DNA of 62,988 bases, filler included, from Rhabdomonas costata (taxonomy: Eukaryota): NCBI GenBank assembly GCA_019059605.1. It is 47 parts of 47 records of this genome, joined end to end, with 100 filler letters (N's around TTAATTAATTAA, not from the genome) between each part and the next. Parts side by side here need not be neighbours in the genome. Positions count along the whole stretch, not along the records: positions 1 to 1,243 come from JAHMHO010022175.1; positions 1,344 to 2,585 come from JAHMHO010022176.1; positions 2,686 to 3,928 come from JAHMHO010022177.1; positions 4,029 to 5,271 come from JAHMHO010022178.1; positions 5,372 to 6,614 come from JAHMHO010022179.1; positions 6,715 to 7,957 come from JAHMHO010022180.1; positions 8,058 to 9,300 come from JAHMHO010022181.1; positions 9,401 to 10,643 come from JAHMHO010022182.1; 39 more parts are not named here. The stretch is one strand, 5' to 3'. Below the pieces are notes generated by a model, which did no database searches, was not told the DNA's origin, and saw nothing but the letters and a program-made list of their open reading frames with translations. Numbering within the stretch: the first letter of the stretch is position 1; each line of letters opens with the position of its first letter. Below, piece by piece: positions 1-10,932 of this stretch. The position numbers and the translations under genes were made by a program.

Positions 1-190
1 TTTGTTTTTTGTGGTCTTAAAGTGTACTGTTTGAGCCTCTGCAAGGGTACAGCCTCTAATGATAGGACGGCACAGGTTTTTTGTAGTTTGCAGTGGTTGT
101 CTTCTTTCTGTTGTCGCTCTAAGTGCGCCTTTTTTTCCCGTCTCAGGCTGACCTTGGGCCCCAGCATGTCTCGACTCCCTTTGACTGCAG

Positions 191-1152
191 GCCCCCTGCG
201 GGGGCTGCAGTGGGGCCGGAAGCTGCTCTCGTGGACCCTGGTGTTGGAGTACTCGCTGTTCGCGCTGAGTGTGGTGGCCCTGTACTACATCAGGTCCCTT
301 CACCCCCTCCCCTCTCCACCTCCCTGAGTTAAACAGACGCTCAGCAGTGGCGCCCGTTTCGGTGGGGCAGGCCGGCGGGTGGGCTGGCTTCGAAGCTCAA
401 TCACTGGGGAGAGGTGGGGTTGCAGCCAAAGCCAAAGGTCAAGAGCTCGAGGCGAACACAGTGGTAGTGAGGGCAAGAGACCGCCAAGCCATCGAGAAAG
501 AAAGCCGTGTTCAAGGGTCACCATTGGTTCTGGCAATCCTCTGAAGCAGCCTCAGAGTACCACTCCGCGCCACCCACAGCAATACAGCAATACAATGGAA
601 GGATAGAACGAAACAGGGACAGAGGAACAGGAAAGTCAGCGAGTATGGGAGGCGTTTCAGTTCAGACCGCCTGCTGGTTAAACAACGGCGCCTTTTGGGT
701 TTATCTCTATAGCATCGTCCCTCTAAATGCGCTCAAGGGGCGCTCGTTTCGGTGGCGGGGGGATGGGGTGCACATAGCCCATGTCGTCCTATTGTGAGTT
801 CATCTCCTGAACCCTCGCCGCGACCACCACCACCTGGTCCAGTAAACTCCTCTAATCCCTTCACTCCTTCTTGCCATCTTGTGCAGAAGTCGGCGGCTAA
901 CGCAAAACTTACCCAAATTTCTTTTAGGGTGGCGCCCGCAATTGTTTTCCAATAGTTTCTCTTTTGCTCAGTCAGTATAGCTTCCTTCTGTTCCACTGCC
1001 TGGCCGAGCTGTTTGCGGTGCTGATCGGGTACTGCGTGGTACTCGTCGTGGTGCACACCCGGCACATCGTGAAGAATAGCCTGCTGGTCGCCGTGGGCAG
1101 TGTGTACGGCTTCGTTGCCACCCTGGACCTCTTCCACACCCTGACCTACAAG
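191..1152 (+). CDS. MASE3 membrane-associated sensor domain protein, partial; exons about 191-293 and 972-1152
   Basis: A GT-AG intron at 294-971 (phase 2) joins the frames to give ...LFALSVVALYYISQYSFLLFHCLAELFAVLIGYCVVLVVVHTRHIVKNSLLVAVGSVYGFVATLDLFHTLTYK. This matches the MASE3 signature YLLFHxxAELF...xDxxHTLxYKG. Next donor at 1153. Confidence 0.8.
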
Positions 1153-1243
1153 GTGGGGCTGCACAGCGTGGCTGCATTAAAAATCACACCAGGAAAGGGA
1201 CTATCGGACGTTGTATGGCCCTCGTCCAAAGAAAGAGATGAGA

Positions 1244-1343
1244 NNNNNNNNNNNNNNNNNNNNNNNNNNNNNNNNNNNNNNNNNNNNTTAATTAATTAAN
1301 NNNNNNNNNNNNNNNNNNNNNNNNNNNNNNNNNNNNNNNNNNN
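1244..1343. other. Artificial contig spacer N44-TTAATTAATTAA-N44 (first of 46, recurring about every 1343 nt)
   Basis: Identical 100-nt spacer with a palindrome giving stops in all six frames. Contigs are about 1236-1247 nt, consistent with a length-sorted concatenation. Confidence 0.99.
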
Positions 1344-1703
1344 AACGGGTCGATGTGTCATTTTGTCGATTAGAATGATAGCAAACGGGCGTAAAACTAA
1401 AACTCGGTGACACTGCGGCTTGAAACAACCAGTTCCAAACCACGGGACTTCGTCCCAAAAGAAAGATCACGAAGACGGCAGACTGAAATAAGAAACGACG
1501 GAGCCGAACTGGATGCAAAAAGGTGCACCAGACGCTCTGGACAGAAAAGATGTGAGCACAACCCCAATGAAAACCAACGCTTCAATGAGTGCACCAAAAC
1601 AAGGATCAAACAAAGCAAAACGCATACGTCAGGAAACGCAAAGGCATCGTCAGGCCTGACCAGCACTGTTCGGTTGGACTTGTCCCGGATCTGAAAGGCT
1701 GCA

Positions 1704-2408
1704 CCTGTGGTGAGTGTGGAAATCCCAGGGGTGCGAGAGTCACCTTTCGCGTGACCGAAGGAGAAGAGGCCAGCTGGCAATGCTTGTGGAAGCCAACAGT
1801 AAACGATTTGCCTTTCCAATCCTGCCCCCGATTGTAACGCTGCATGCTTGTGGCAGACCTTTGGACACTTTCTCTCATAAAAGAGAATAAAGACCATCCC
1901 TTGCCCTCTGCACCCATACGAGGTTTCGGGATGAGCTCGTCGTACAGTTGCTGGATAAACCAGAAGGTTGTCCCCGAGAGGTACTCGCGGCATGCAATGG
2001 TCAGGGCGAGCTGAAACACGCTGAACCATGGGCTGCGAAAGAAGTCAACGACATCCATCCATCCCCATCGGTCCCTTCGCTCCACAAGCACAAGTCCAAA
2101 ATCTTTCGCTTGCCCATCATTTCAGGCTGGCACCAAGCAGGTGCACTAGTGAAAGGACAGGCGTGGCAAAGAGACAAGAAAAAACAGGCAGCGGGCAGGC
2201 GACATCCATTCGTAGATCAAAGGTGAAGTAAAAACAAAAATAAGAGCAATATGCCAGAAGTTCGAGAAAACGTTTCCAGAGAACACCGTGGGCATACAAC
2301 GGGCTGAGGATGCAAAGGCAGCCAAGGGCGGAGTTGTCCTGAAATCGGATGACGTAGCCGTACAGCCATTTTCCAGTCACGTCCGTCAGAGCAAAGGTGA
2401 AACGCTTT
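1704..2408 (-). CDS. DENN-domain (Rab GEF) protein, partial; exons 2408-2298 and 2032-1920, probable third exon about 1812-1704
   Basis: Spliced peptide KRFTFALTDVTGKWLYGYVIR...GCLCILSPF|PWFSVFQLAL...LYDELIPKP carries the DENN motifs FTFxLTD, YG and CILSxxPWFxxF. Confidence 0.8.
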
Positions 2409-3271
2409 CTACGTGCAAAGCCGCCAGCGGAGAAACACACACAACACACGCGCGCGCGCGGGGCGCGCATGCGCACACACAACACAAACACACAAGTCCT
2501 CAACACAGCATAACAAGCGACAAGAGGGAGCCAAGCATCTGTTCCTGAATTCATTCACGGGGCAGAATATATATAAACAACCACANNNNNNNNNNNNNNN
2601 NNNNNNNNNNNNNNNNNNNNNNNNNNNNNTTAATTAATTAANNNNNNNNNNNNNNNNNNNNNNNNNNNNNNNNNNNNNNNNNNNNTTTTTTTTTTGCTTT
2701 ATCGACCATTCATGTTCGAAACTTGAAGTGCTGCCTTATAACAAAACCCATCGACCTATTTGAGAGGTGAAATAAGGTGAAAGTGGCGAAAAATAATTAA
2801 TATTATTCAGCATTCGGCTACATGTCCAGACAAATGGCTTGACACATTTCGTGAAGAAAAACGGGGCGGGCAGACTCCGAAAAATACACTCCAGCAACGA
2901 CAACACGCCGCAACGTTCCACCGGCACCGCTCGCTCCCAGACACCTCACGAGGGGCCCAATACACGAACCCCGAGAAACAGAGCCAGCACCGCAACGGCG
3001 AAAGAGAGGCGACAGGGTGGCCAGCATGAAAGACATGGTGGCGAGAGAAGAGATGCCCAAACGGGCACCATCCGCGAATGGATGGCAAAAATTTTCTTCT
3101 TTGACTTAGGGACAGTTGTATCTGTTGCATTACCTCTACCAATGGCACGCATTGCCGAATGGGCTGGGGCGGATCCCCACCTCCGCATGCACAGCTTATC
3201 CCCAAGCAACGTCCTCACCAGCTGCGAGCGCCACCTTGCAAGTTGGCTCAACCACGCGCCAGCACCTCCTC

Positions 3272-3360
3272 TCATTTAGCTTACTCCTCCACAACTCCGA
3301 GCTCCAGCGACTTTCCACCGACGACCTCTCCTTCATATACATCCGAATCAAGCACTCCAC
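3272..3360 (+). mobile_element. Possible decayed tyrosine-recombinase (DIRS/Crypton-like) fragment
   Basis: SFSLLLHNSELQRLSTDDLSFIYIRIK resembles YR box I (LRxSELxxLxxxD), with the Arg codon as CAC (one transition from CGC). No clear HxLR box II was found. Confidence 0.3.
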
Positions 3361-4380
3361 TTGCCGTGTCTGGCGCCCCATGCCCCCACAGCTACGGCGC
3401 TGGTTTGTCTACGTCCTCGCAAACCAACTGATCACCGGGCACCGGGCATCATAATCTGACTTTGGTGTAGGCCCCAGCCGGTTCGTGTCACATCAAGTTG
3501 GAAGGGATTCGCTTTGTGAGACTCTGCGTCGCCTGAAAATTGTTTAGCTGGTGGCTGTCCAACGGCTTCTCCCGTTGCAGATGGGTGCAAGGCGGCGGAG
3601 ATATTCAGTCACCTAGTTCAGACATGGGCGAGTGTGAACGAGCTGACGAGTGGCTCTCTCCTTCAGTTCGTTCCTGCGCTTCCTTTGGCAGCACCTGTGC
3701 ACTAGCTGCCAAAGAAGATCGGCCCACAAACGTGTTGCCGCGGGTTCGGTTGTTCGCTGTAGAAACCACTCAAATGAGAGCAACCTCACGCAAGTAAAAC
3801 GGAAAGTGCACCCGTTGGGGGACGCTCATCGACACCTGTCTAGGCGTTCTCCACCCGAACACGGGAACAAATGGGACAGTTTTATCCCTAGAAGGCCAGC
3901 GCCGCCTGACCAAAACCGCTGAGCGCCANNNNNNNNNNNNNNNNNNNNNNNNNNNNNNNNNNNNNNNNNNNNTTAATTAATTAANNNNNNNNNNNNNNNN
4001 NNNNNNNNNNNNNNNNNNNNNNNNNNNNCCTGGGTGCTCGCACGTCTTGACTAGGATACCTTTTCTTTTCTTCCCCTTTTCTTTCCCTTTTTCTCCTTCT
4101 CCCTTCCCTAATCTCCCTTCCGCCGTCCATATCCGGATAATTAAATAACTGGAATCTGTCACTTTGTTCCCCTGCATTGCGATCATCGGTGGGACTATTA
4201 TGGATCGATTAGTGACGCGACGAATAGTGGCCCCCGCGCTTTTTGAATTGCTGATAAGTGATGGGTTTGTCCCAGAATGCAAACATAGAGGGATCGCGGT
4301 TACACTCGGCGCGTTTGTTGGTTTTTCATCAAATTCTGGTGGTGAATGGTACACACACACGCTACTGGATATTTTTTCAG

Positions 4381-5260
4381 AGTGATCTCTGATAAGAAGA
4401 TTGCATACGCCAAGAAGGCGAATTCCCTTTTCGACCAGTATGACAAGATGTTCGTTGTGTTGGCCGACAACGTTCAGTCCTCACAGATGGCTCAGATTCG
4501 GGTCAGCCTTCGAGGGCACGCCACGCTCCTGATGGGCAAAAACGTTTGTTTGATTCGTTTTTCCGTTGTGCCATCTGCAAAGGACTCCCTGTCTGACCGA
4601 GTGCTCTGCTGACACCGCTATGTCTCACGACAGACTCTGATCAAGAAAATCCTCAGCGACCGGGCGAGCTCTGGCAACGAGCGGGACAAGCTGATTTACG
4701 ACAAGGTGGTTGGTGAAGACCTTCTGAAGTTCAACGTTGGGCTCGTGATGACAAATGGGGATCTTCAGGACATCAGAACAAAGATCACGTCCAACAAAAT
4801 CCAGGCGCCCGCGAGGCAAGGGGCTGTCGCTCCTCTTGACGGTATGTCTACCATTTTTTTTGCTGGCTCCTCTTTCGTGCAAGAGACTTGCAAACTGTTG
4901 AGACAAATTATTTCTTTTCTTCCTACCGCCGTGTGTTCTCAGTCATCGTGCCCGCTGGGAACACTGGTCTGGAGCCCACCAAGACTTCTTTCTTCCAAGC
5001 GCTGAACATCGGAACCAAGATCACGAAAGGAACGGTGGAGATTTTGAAGGACGAGAAGGTTATCAACAAGGGTGACAAGGTCGCCGTCTTATATGAACTT
5101 TTGGCAACTGCTTCCTGCTTCGGTACGAATGGATAACCATCCCGAATTCCTTGCCTCCAGGTCGGCAGTTCCGAGGCAACCCTGTTGCAGATGCTGGGAA
5201 TCAAGCCCTTCTTCTATGGCCTCGATATCCAGAAGATTTACGACGAGGGTTCGGTGTACG
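4381..5260 (+). CDS. RPLP0: 60S acidic ribosomal protein P0 (uL10), partial; exons 4381-4543, 4634-4841, 4943-5079, 5161-contig end
   Basis: [31 protein letters not shown]...[47 protein letters not shown]...[23 protein letters not shown]. Three GT-AG introns restore the frame. Confidence 0.97.
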
Positions 5261-6165
5261 GACCAACAACCNNNNNNNNNNNNNNNNNNNNNNNNNNNNN
5301 NNNNNNNNNNNNNNNTTAATTAATTAANNNNNNNNNNNNNNNNNNNNNNNNNNNNNNNNNNNNNNNNNNNNGGTGTTGGGTGTATTTCAAATCAACGAGG
5401 CGATACAAATCAGTCCCAAGCATGTATAATAGTGTCTGGGTGGGCCAGGCCACGGTGGTTAAGTTTCGTCCTTCGTGATATAACGCCGTTTTGCGGTATA
5501 ACGGCATAATACCGTTTGACGCCCCCCTTCCCATGGATAGGACTCCTTCCCTGGTCCTGGGGCTGGGGAGTGGCGTTAATAGTTAACAAGACAAAGACAT
5601 ATGATGCGAAGCACTCAATGGTGACTGCCACACAATTGGCTGTTAGGTCCTCCTCCTTCTTACCCGCCTCGTGACAATGGAGGCTCAAAAGAGGATCACC
5701 TTGGGCACAATCAGGCTCAGAACCTTTTCCATACGATACGTTCGACGCTTTCCTGCCCAGACACCTGGACCCTTTTCACAGGAGACGTCGCCTCCAAACG
5801 TCTTGTGACACTCAGAACCTCTCTCCGAAGTTACCAACCAACACTAACCTTCCTGAGGACACCTTCTTCGTGACCTTAACCTTGTCAGGGCAGGACACGA
5901 GTATTGCGTTCGGATTCTCTCCCCCTATGCAAGACAAAAGTTCCCTCTTCCTGCACAGTGGTGATCTCTCGAAGCCCTTAACCGCTGCTATGCCGACCCC
6001 TCAACAAAAGCAAACAGGAACAAACCGCACAACCAAGGCGACCTGTAATCCACGTGCACTTCAGGCGCAAGGACAATACGGGGCCGCCTGTTCGGGGGAA
6101 AAGGGGTGAGGGATCAAGTTGTGGTCCACGGACCCAGCGCCATGCAGCAATAAAAGAAGGCATAC

Positions 6166-6279
6166 CCGCATCCGCAGAAATCGAGGGGCAATCCAACAAC
6201 GCGACGCAGTGAGAGACATGGAGGCCCCACCCCAAGCCGATCTGGCAAGAGCCACACGCAGTAGCGTGGGCGCGTGCAT
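6166..6279 (-). CDS. Possible first exon encoding a mitochondrial-type presequence
   Basis: MHAPTLLRVALARSAWGGASMSLTASRCWIAPRFLRMR is Arg/Ser/Ala-rich with no acidic residues. It is preceded by ttgtag and followed by gtatgc. Confidence 0.25.
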
Positions 6280-6780
6280 GCGGGGGCCTCGGCCTTCGAC
6301 GCCTTTTCCTACAATAGAAAGGCCACAGAGGCGCATCCAACACACACTCACACAACACCAAGAGAGAGAGAGACGGCACAAACGGGAAAAGCGGGCGGCG
6401 GTGAACACCACCACCCACACGACGCAACTTCACCACAATCTGTCTGACACATGGGGAAAGAGGGTGGAGCTGACTTCCATACTGCCAACCACAAACTTCC
6501 AAAAACCAGCCTAGAAGCGTTCTGCTAGCCTCCAGCTCGTCCAGGGAGACAACAGAAATCTACTTCGAGATCAATTTATTTGGTTTCAACCCTTTTCCAC
6601 TTGACAACAACCCANNNNNNNNNNNNNNNNNNNNNNNNNNNNNNNNNNNNNNNNNNNNTTAATTAATTAANNNNNNNNNNNNNNNNNNNNNNNNNNNNNN
6701 NNNNNNNNNNNNNNGTTTGTGGTTCTCCTTCATATATTTTTATTATTAATGAAGTTTCATTATCTGTATCATTCGAAATA

Positions 6781-7794
6781 ATGGATATTATAATACCACG
6801 TAATACAGTAATACCTGCAAATAAAACAAATATATATTCGAATGATACAGATAATGAAACTTCATTAATAATAAAAATATATGAAGGAGAACGGCAATTA
6901 ACAAAGGATAATACATTATTAGGAACATTAACATTAATGAATTTAGAACCAGTACCAAAAGGCTATGCGGAAATTTGTGTTAGATTTGAAATAAATTTAA
7001 ATGGAATAATAAATGTATCGGCACATGAACTTAAGAATAATATAAAACAGGATATACAAATTAATTTAAATAAAGGAAGATTAACAGAAGAACAAATTAA
7101 TTGTTTAATAGAAAATGCGAAGAGAATGGAGACACAAGATAATAATAATAAAATGAAAATATTACTACGTAATAAAATAAATGATTATTTTTTCATAATA
7201 AAATACAATTTATCATTAAAAAATGTGTTAATGACACAAGAAGATAAACAAGAACAAATAAATAAAGTTGAAAAATTAGAAAAATTATTTTTAGAAAATA
7301 ATGAATTATATGATATTAATGATTATAAAGAAATAATACAACAATTAGAAAATGAATATGGTAATTTAACAAATAGATCTGTATTACAAGATAATAATGA
7401 AATTGAAAATATAAATGAAAATAAAAAAGAAGAAGTTACATACAATGAAATAGATTATAAAGATGAATTATTAAGAATATGTGAAACAAAAAAAGAAGAA
7501 TTTAAAGATATTATAGAAGATACATTAATTTGGTTATATACAACAGAACATACTGATGATGAATTAATAAAAAAAATACAAGAAATAAATAATTTATCAA
7601 ATAATGAATCAGAAATAGTAAATACATGTAAAACAATATTACAATTTTTAGAAACAGAAGTATCTAAAAATATACAAAAAGAATTAACATCAGAAATCGA
7701 ATATTTTAAAAAAGTAATAGAAACGAATCAAGGAGATGAACAAATAATAAATGATTATTGTAACAGGATATATGAGTTTATTAATGAAAAATAA
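6781..7794 (+). CDS. hsp70: Divergent Hsp70, C-terminal half (substrate-binding domain, lid and long extension), giant-virus-like; 5' truncated
   Basis: IIPRNTVIP, IKIYEGERQLTKDNTLLG, FEINLNGIINVSA and NKGRLTEEQI are Hsp70 SBD motifs. The gene is intronless and very AT-rich, and has no EEVD or KDEL end. Confidence 0.9.
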   Translation: MDIIIPRNTVIPANKTNIYSNDTDNETSLIIKIYEGERQLTKDNTLLGTLTLMNLEPVPKGYAEICVRFEINLNGIINVSAHELKNNIKQDIQINLNKGRLTEEQINCLIENAKRMETQDNNNKMKILLRNKINDYFFIIKYNLSLKNVLMTQEDKQEQINKVEKLEKLFLENNELYDINDYKEIIQQLENEYGNLTNRSVLQDNNEIENINENKKEEVTYNEIDYKDELLRICETKKEEFKDIIEDTLIWLYTTEHTDDELIKKIQEINNLSNNESEIVNTCKTILQFLETEVSKNIQKELTSEIEYFKKVIETNQGDEQIINDYCNRIYEFINEK

Positions 7795-7818
7795 AGTGTA
7801 TAATTAAAGTATATATAA

Positions 7819-7957
7819 ATGACTATTGATATGAATAAAATTTTAAATAAAATAGAGGAAAAATATCAATTACGATATTGTGCCAGTATATTATCAATTC
7901 CTCTAAAATGTATAGAAAGCGGTGAAATGATAATTCAAGCAGGATCGCCACAAAACC
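7819..7957 (+). CDS. Hypothetical protein, 5' part, 24 nt downstream of the Hsp70
   Basis: ATG-initiated ORF open to the contig end, with the same AT-rich codon use and virus-like tight spacing. Confidence 0.65.
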
Positions 7958-8729
7958 NNNNNNNNNNNNNNNNNNNNNNNNNNNNNNNNNNNNNNNNNNN
8001 NTTAATTAATTAANNNNNNNNNNNNNNNNNNNNNNNNNNNNNNNNNNNNNNNNNNNNTGGGTTTTGTCTGCTTTTTCAGACTACCAGCGCGCGGAATCAA
8101 AAGCCTTCAAATAAATCCGCCCGCCTGTACCCGGATGCCCGTGCTCCATTTCACGCCTATCTCTGCAGCACGCCCGATGCACTTATGGCTTGCTTTATAG
8201 CTGCCCAAGAGCAAGGGGCTTGTGTTAAGAGAGGAAATCACACTATCGTCCATTGCAGAGGTGTTTTTTTCCTGTGAGAAACAATGACCAACACCTATTC
8301 GGGTTGGGATTGATGGTAAAAATGTGTGGATTGCATGGAGTGTTGGTAGAAACAGCCGCCTAGAGAAGCCTGTCTTTTTGGCTAAGAAAAGGGAAGGTTG
8401 GGTTTGCGTGTGCGTGGTATCAGCGGGAGTCTTTTGAGGTCGCAGGGCTGAGCACATACGCCTACTAGGACCGCGCGAAGATTGTGCAGAACCGCAGCGA
8501 CTGCATCCCGTGTGCTGTGCTGGCACCGGGGACAGTGGAGGTGACCAACCTGGGGCCAGGTTGGTTCTCGCGCCGTCCCACCGACCGCGTCACTTGGCCC
8601 CTCGCTTCACTGCGCTCTCTCTCATTGCAGCACAAAAAGTCGGTGAGGAAGGGTGAAGTTTAGTTCCAGGAGCAACGACTGAAATTGGATGGCTCCCGAT
8701 GGAAGTGATGGCTCCTCTGTTTCGATCAG

Positions 8730-9110
8730 CACTAGCTTCAAGCATCTGCGCACCAGCTCTTAAGTTCTTTTGTGTGAAAGAAGTTAGTGAGTGCACACAC
8801 TTCCTCGCTGAAACCGGAATCTTACCCAGAAAGCAATTCCCAAGCAACGCTTCGCCATGCGCCCAGCTTTCTCAGACGACGCTGTGGACATGGACACAGC
8901 CACGTTTACCGCGACAGCAAGAGAAGGATATGCTCGCCTTGGATGACGCGCTAAAGGATTGGAGGCATTATCTACTAGGCTCATAGTTACACATCTACAC
9001 CTATAACTCAGCTCTGCGTAACCTCCAAAACTCAGCTCGTCCTTCATCGTGTCAGGTGATATGGATGGAAAAGCTGAAGTTGTACAGCCAGATGAATATT
9101 TCCCACATAT
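8730..9110 (+). mobile_element. Decayed Ty3/gypsy-type LTR retrotransposon pol (RNase H region)
   Basis: EKDMLALDDALKDWRHYLLGS*LHIYTYNSALRNL...QVIWMEKLKLY matches EKELLAxVxALxxWRHYLxG...IYTDH...RQARW. In-frame stop present. Confidence 0.8.
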
Positions 9111-10789
9111 CTGGAAAAATCCCGCAGCCCGCTGTTGCTTGAAGACGATTCCAGTTGTCCAGATAACAACGCGCTGAGAGCGACCGCTCCGTCTCATGCG
9201 TCTGTGGTTTAAGGTCATGTTGTTCATATGAAGGAAATCACCCCTCTTGGATCGGATGCTCCGTTCCAAGAGGGGTGATTTCCTTCATATAAACAACAAC
9301 NNNNNNNNNNNNNNNNNNNNNNNNNNNNNNNNNNNNNNNNNNNNTTAATTAATTAANNNNNNNNNNNNNNNNNNNNNNNNNNNNNNNNNNNNNNNNNNNN
9401 TGTGGAATCTCGGGAGAAGGCCTCCGGGAAGGCCTGGAATGGATTTCTGAGACCGTTGGCCACCCGGCCCGAGGTCAAGTTTTCCGAAGCTAAGAAGACC
9501 AGAGTGGAGTCACAAGCACCGCCTGTGTTCTGCCCCCATGCACCCAACTGGCGTGGACTCGACTTTCACCTTTTCGATTTTTTGGTCATGATCTTCCTTT
9601 CGTTATTTATGCTTTCAGTTGCGATGTCTTCCCTTTTTCCTTTTGTGATCCTCTCTGGGTGCATCATGTTTGAATTTGTTTGTTGTTTATATTACCTCGC
9701 AAACCCGTCGCAATTCCTTTTCTTTCTCGCGAATTCTTTTGAAAGGGTGGCAATGACCCATAATGCTCCAGTCCCGCCACGCCACGGTGTCCGTTGGTGG
9801 ATTTTCGCTTTCCCGTTGCCTGGTTCTCTCTCCCTTTGGAAGCCACCAGGAATTGTTATCGCGCGTCTGGCGTTGCACAGAGAGTTACCCGTGTGTTTGG
9901 AAGGAGTCCCGTTTTTCTTTGATGTCTTTCAACAGGTCGGCAGTTTGTCTGAGCAATGTTTGTTGTCTGTTTCCGATGGGTTTACTGAAGTCTGTTTCGA
10001 AGCTTGTGAACATCGAGTGCCATCAATCGGGCTTCAGAATCTGGCTGTTTCACTCTCCACCGAGCCGGGCCAACTATATTCTGTCGAGTTAAATATTTAG
10101 TGGTGTCCCCAAATATACGGATGAGCTAACCTCCAGCGCAAAATCCCTTAACCTAAAAAGGAAAGAAAGTGATGGGATCACCCGACGCTAATGCACTTGC
10201 TGCTGCGAAAAGGACGCGCGCGAAAAGTATCCAACAGGCGCCTCAAGCATCGCAGTCTTATACTTGGGTATTTGTCAAGGCCGGGGCCTACGCATATACT
10301 TCCCGCTATTTTTCGACGATGCGGTGCTAGTGGAGGACGGATTGTCACTTGGACATCTGATGGAACCTGCCGTCTCAGCACCGCCTCTGCCGCTTCCCCA
10401 CCCCAACCTTGTACCAACCTGATGCCAAGCTGTTTGGAGCACGGATCTTCGATACTCGCCTGCCGATATGCGCGCTTGTGGCGCAGCGGTTTGATTTCGG
10501 CTATTTACCCACCTCGCTTTGAGATCTCACAGAATGAAATTCCGGTTTACGGGTGGTGTGGACTGCCCAGACTGGCTCCTGGTGGATGTGGCCATTCTAT
10601 CCACACTGGTGTGCAGCGGTTGGTTGAGTACATCTCTGGCTGANNNNNNNNNNNNNNNNNNNNNNNNNNNNNNNNNNNNNNNNNNNNTTAATTAATTAAN
10701 NNNNNNNNNNNNNNNNNNNNNNNNNNNNNNNNNNNNNNNNNNNGGGGGGTGTGGGACCACTTATTTTTTTTTTACCCAAAACGTCGCCC

Positions 10790-10932
10790 TTTTCGCTGGG
10801 TGACATCCGCCGTGGTCACTCCCGGATCAGACCGAACTAAACAGGAGACCTAATATTGACCTCAGAACTCGAGCTGGAGTGACTGGTTGGGGCTCATATT
10901 TGGTGGCGTGGTAGTACTCCTGAGGTGAGTTG
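10790..10932 (-). repeat. Dispersed repeat, copy 1 (homologous to 36663-36788)
   Basis: Collinear shared blocks CAACTCACCTCA, CCACCAAATAT, TGAGCCCCAAC, GTCACTCYAGCTCGAGTTCTGAGGTCAATRTTAGGTCT, GGAGTGACCA and ATGTCACCCAGCGAA. Confidence 0.9.

Noticed and set aside
1288-1299. Regularly spaced TTAATTAATTAA palindromes with ~1.24 kb units, superficially an array, nanochromosome or gene-module system
   Set aside because: They sit inside fixed N runs and give six-frame stops, so they are an assembly linker. Equal unit size reflects length sorting. ORFs ending in XXX-LIN are artefacts.
9402-10643. 232-aa and 150-aa ORFs
   Set aside because: No motif, no codon bias and no convincing splice borders; probably chance ORFs in repeat-derived DNA.
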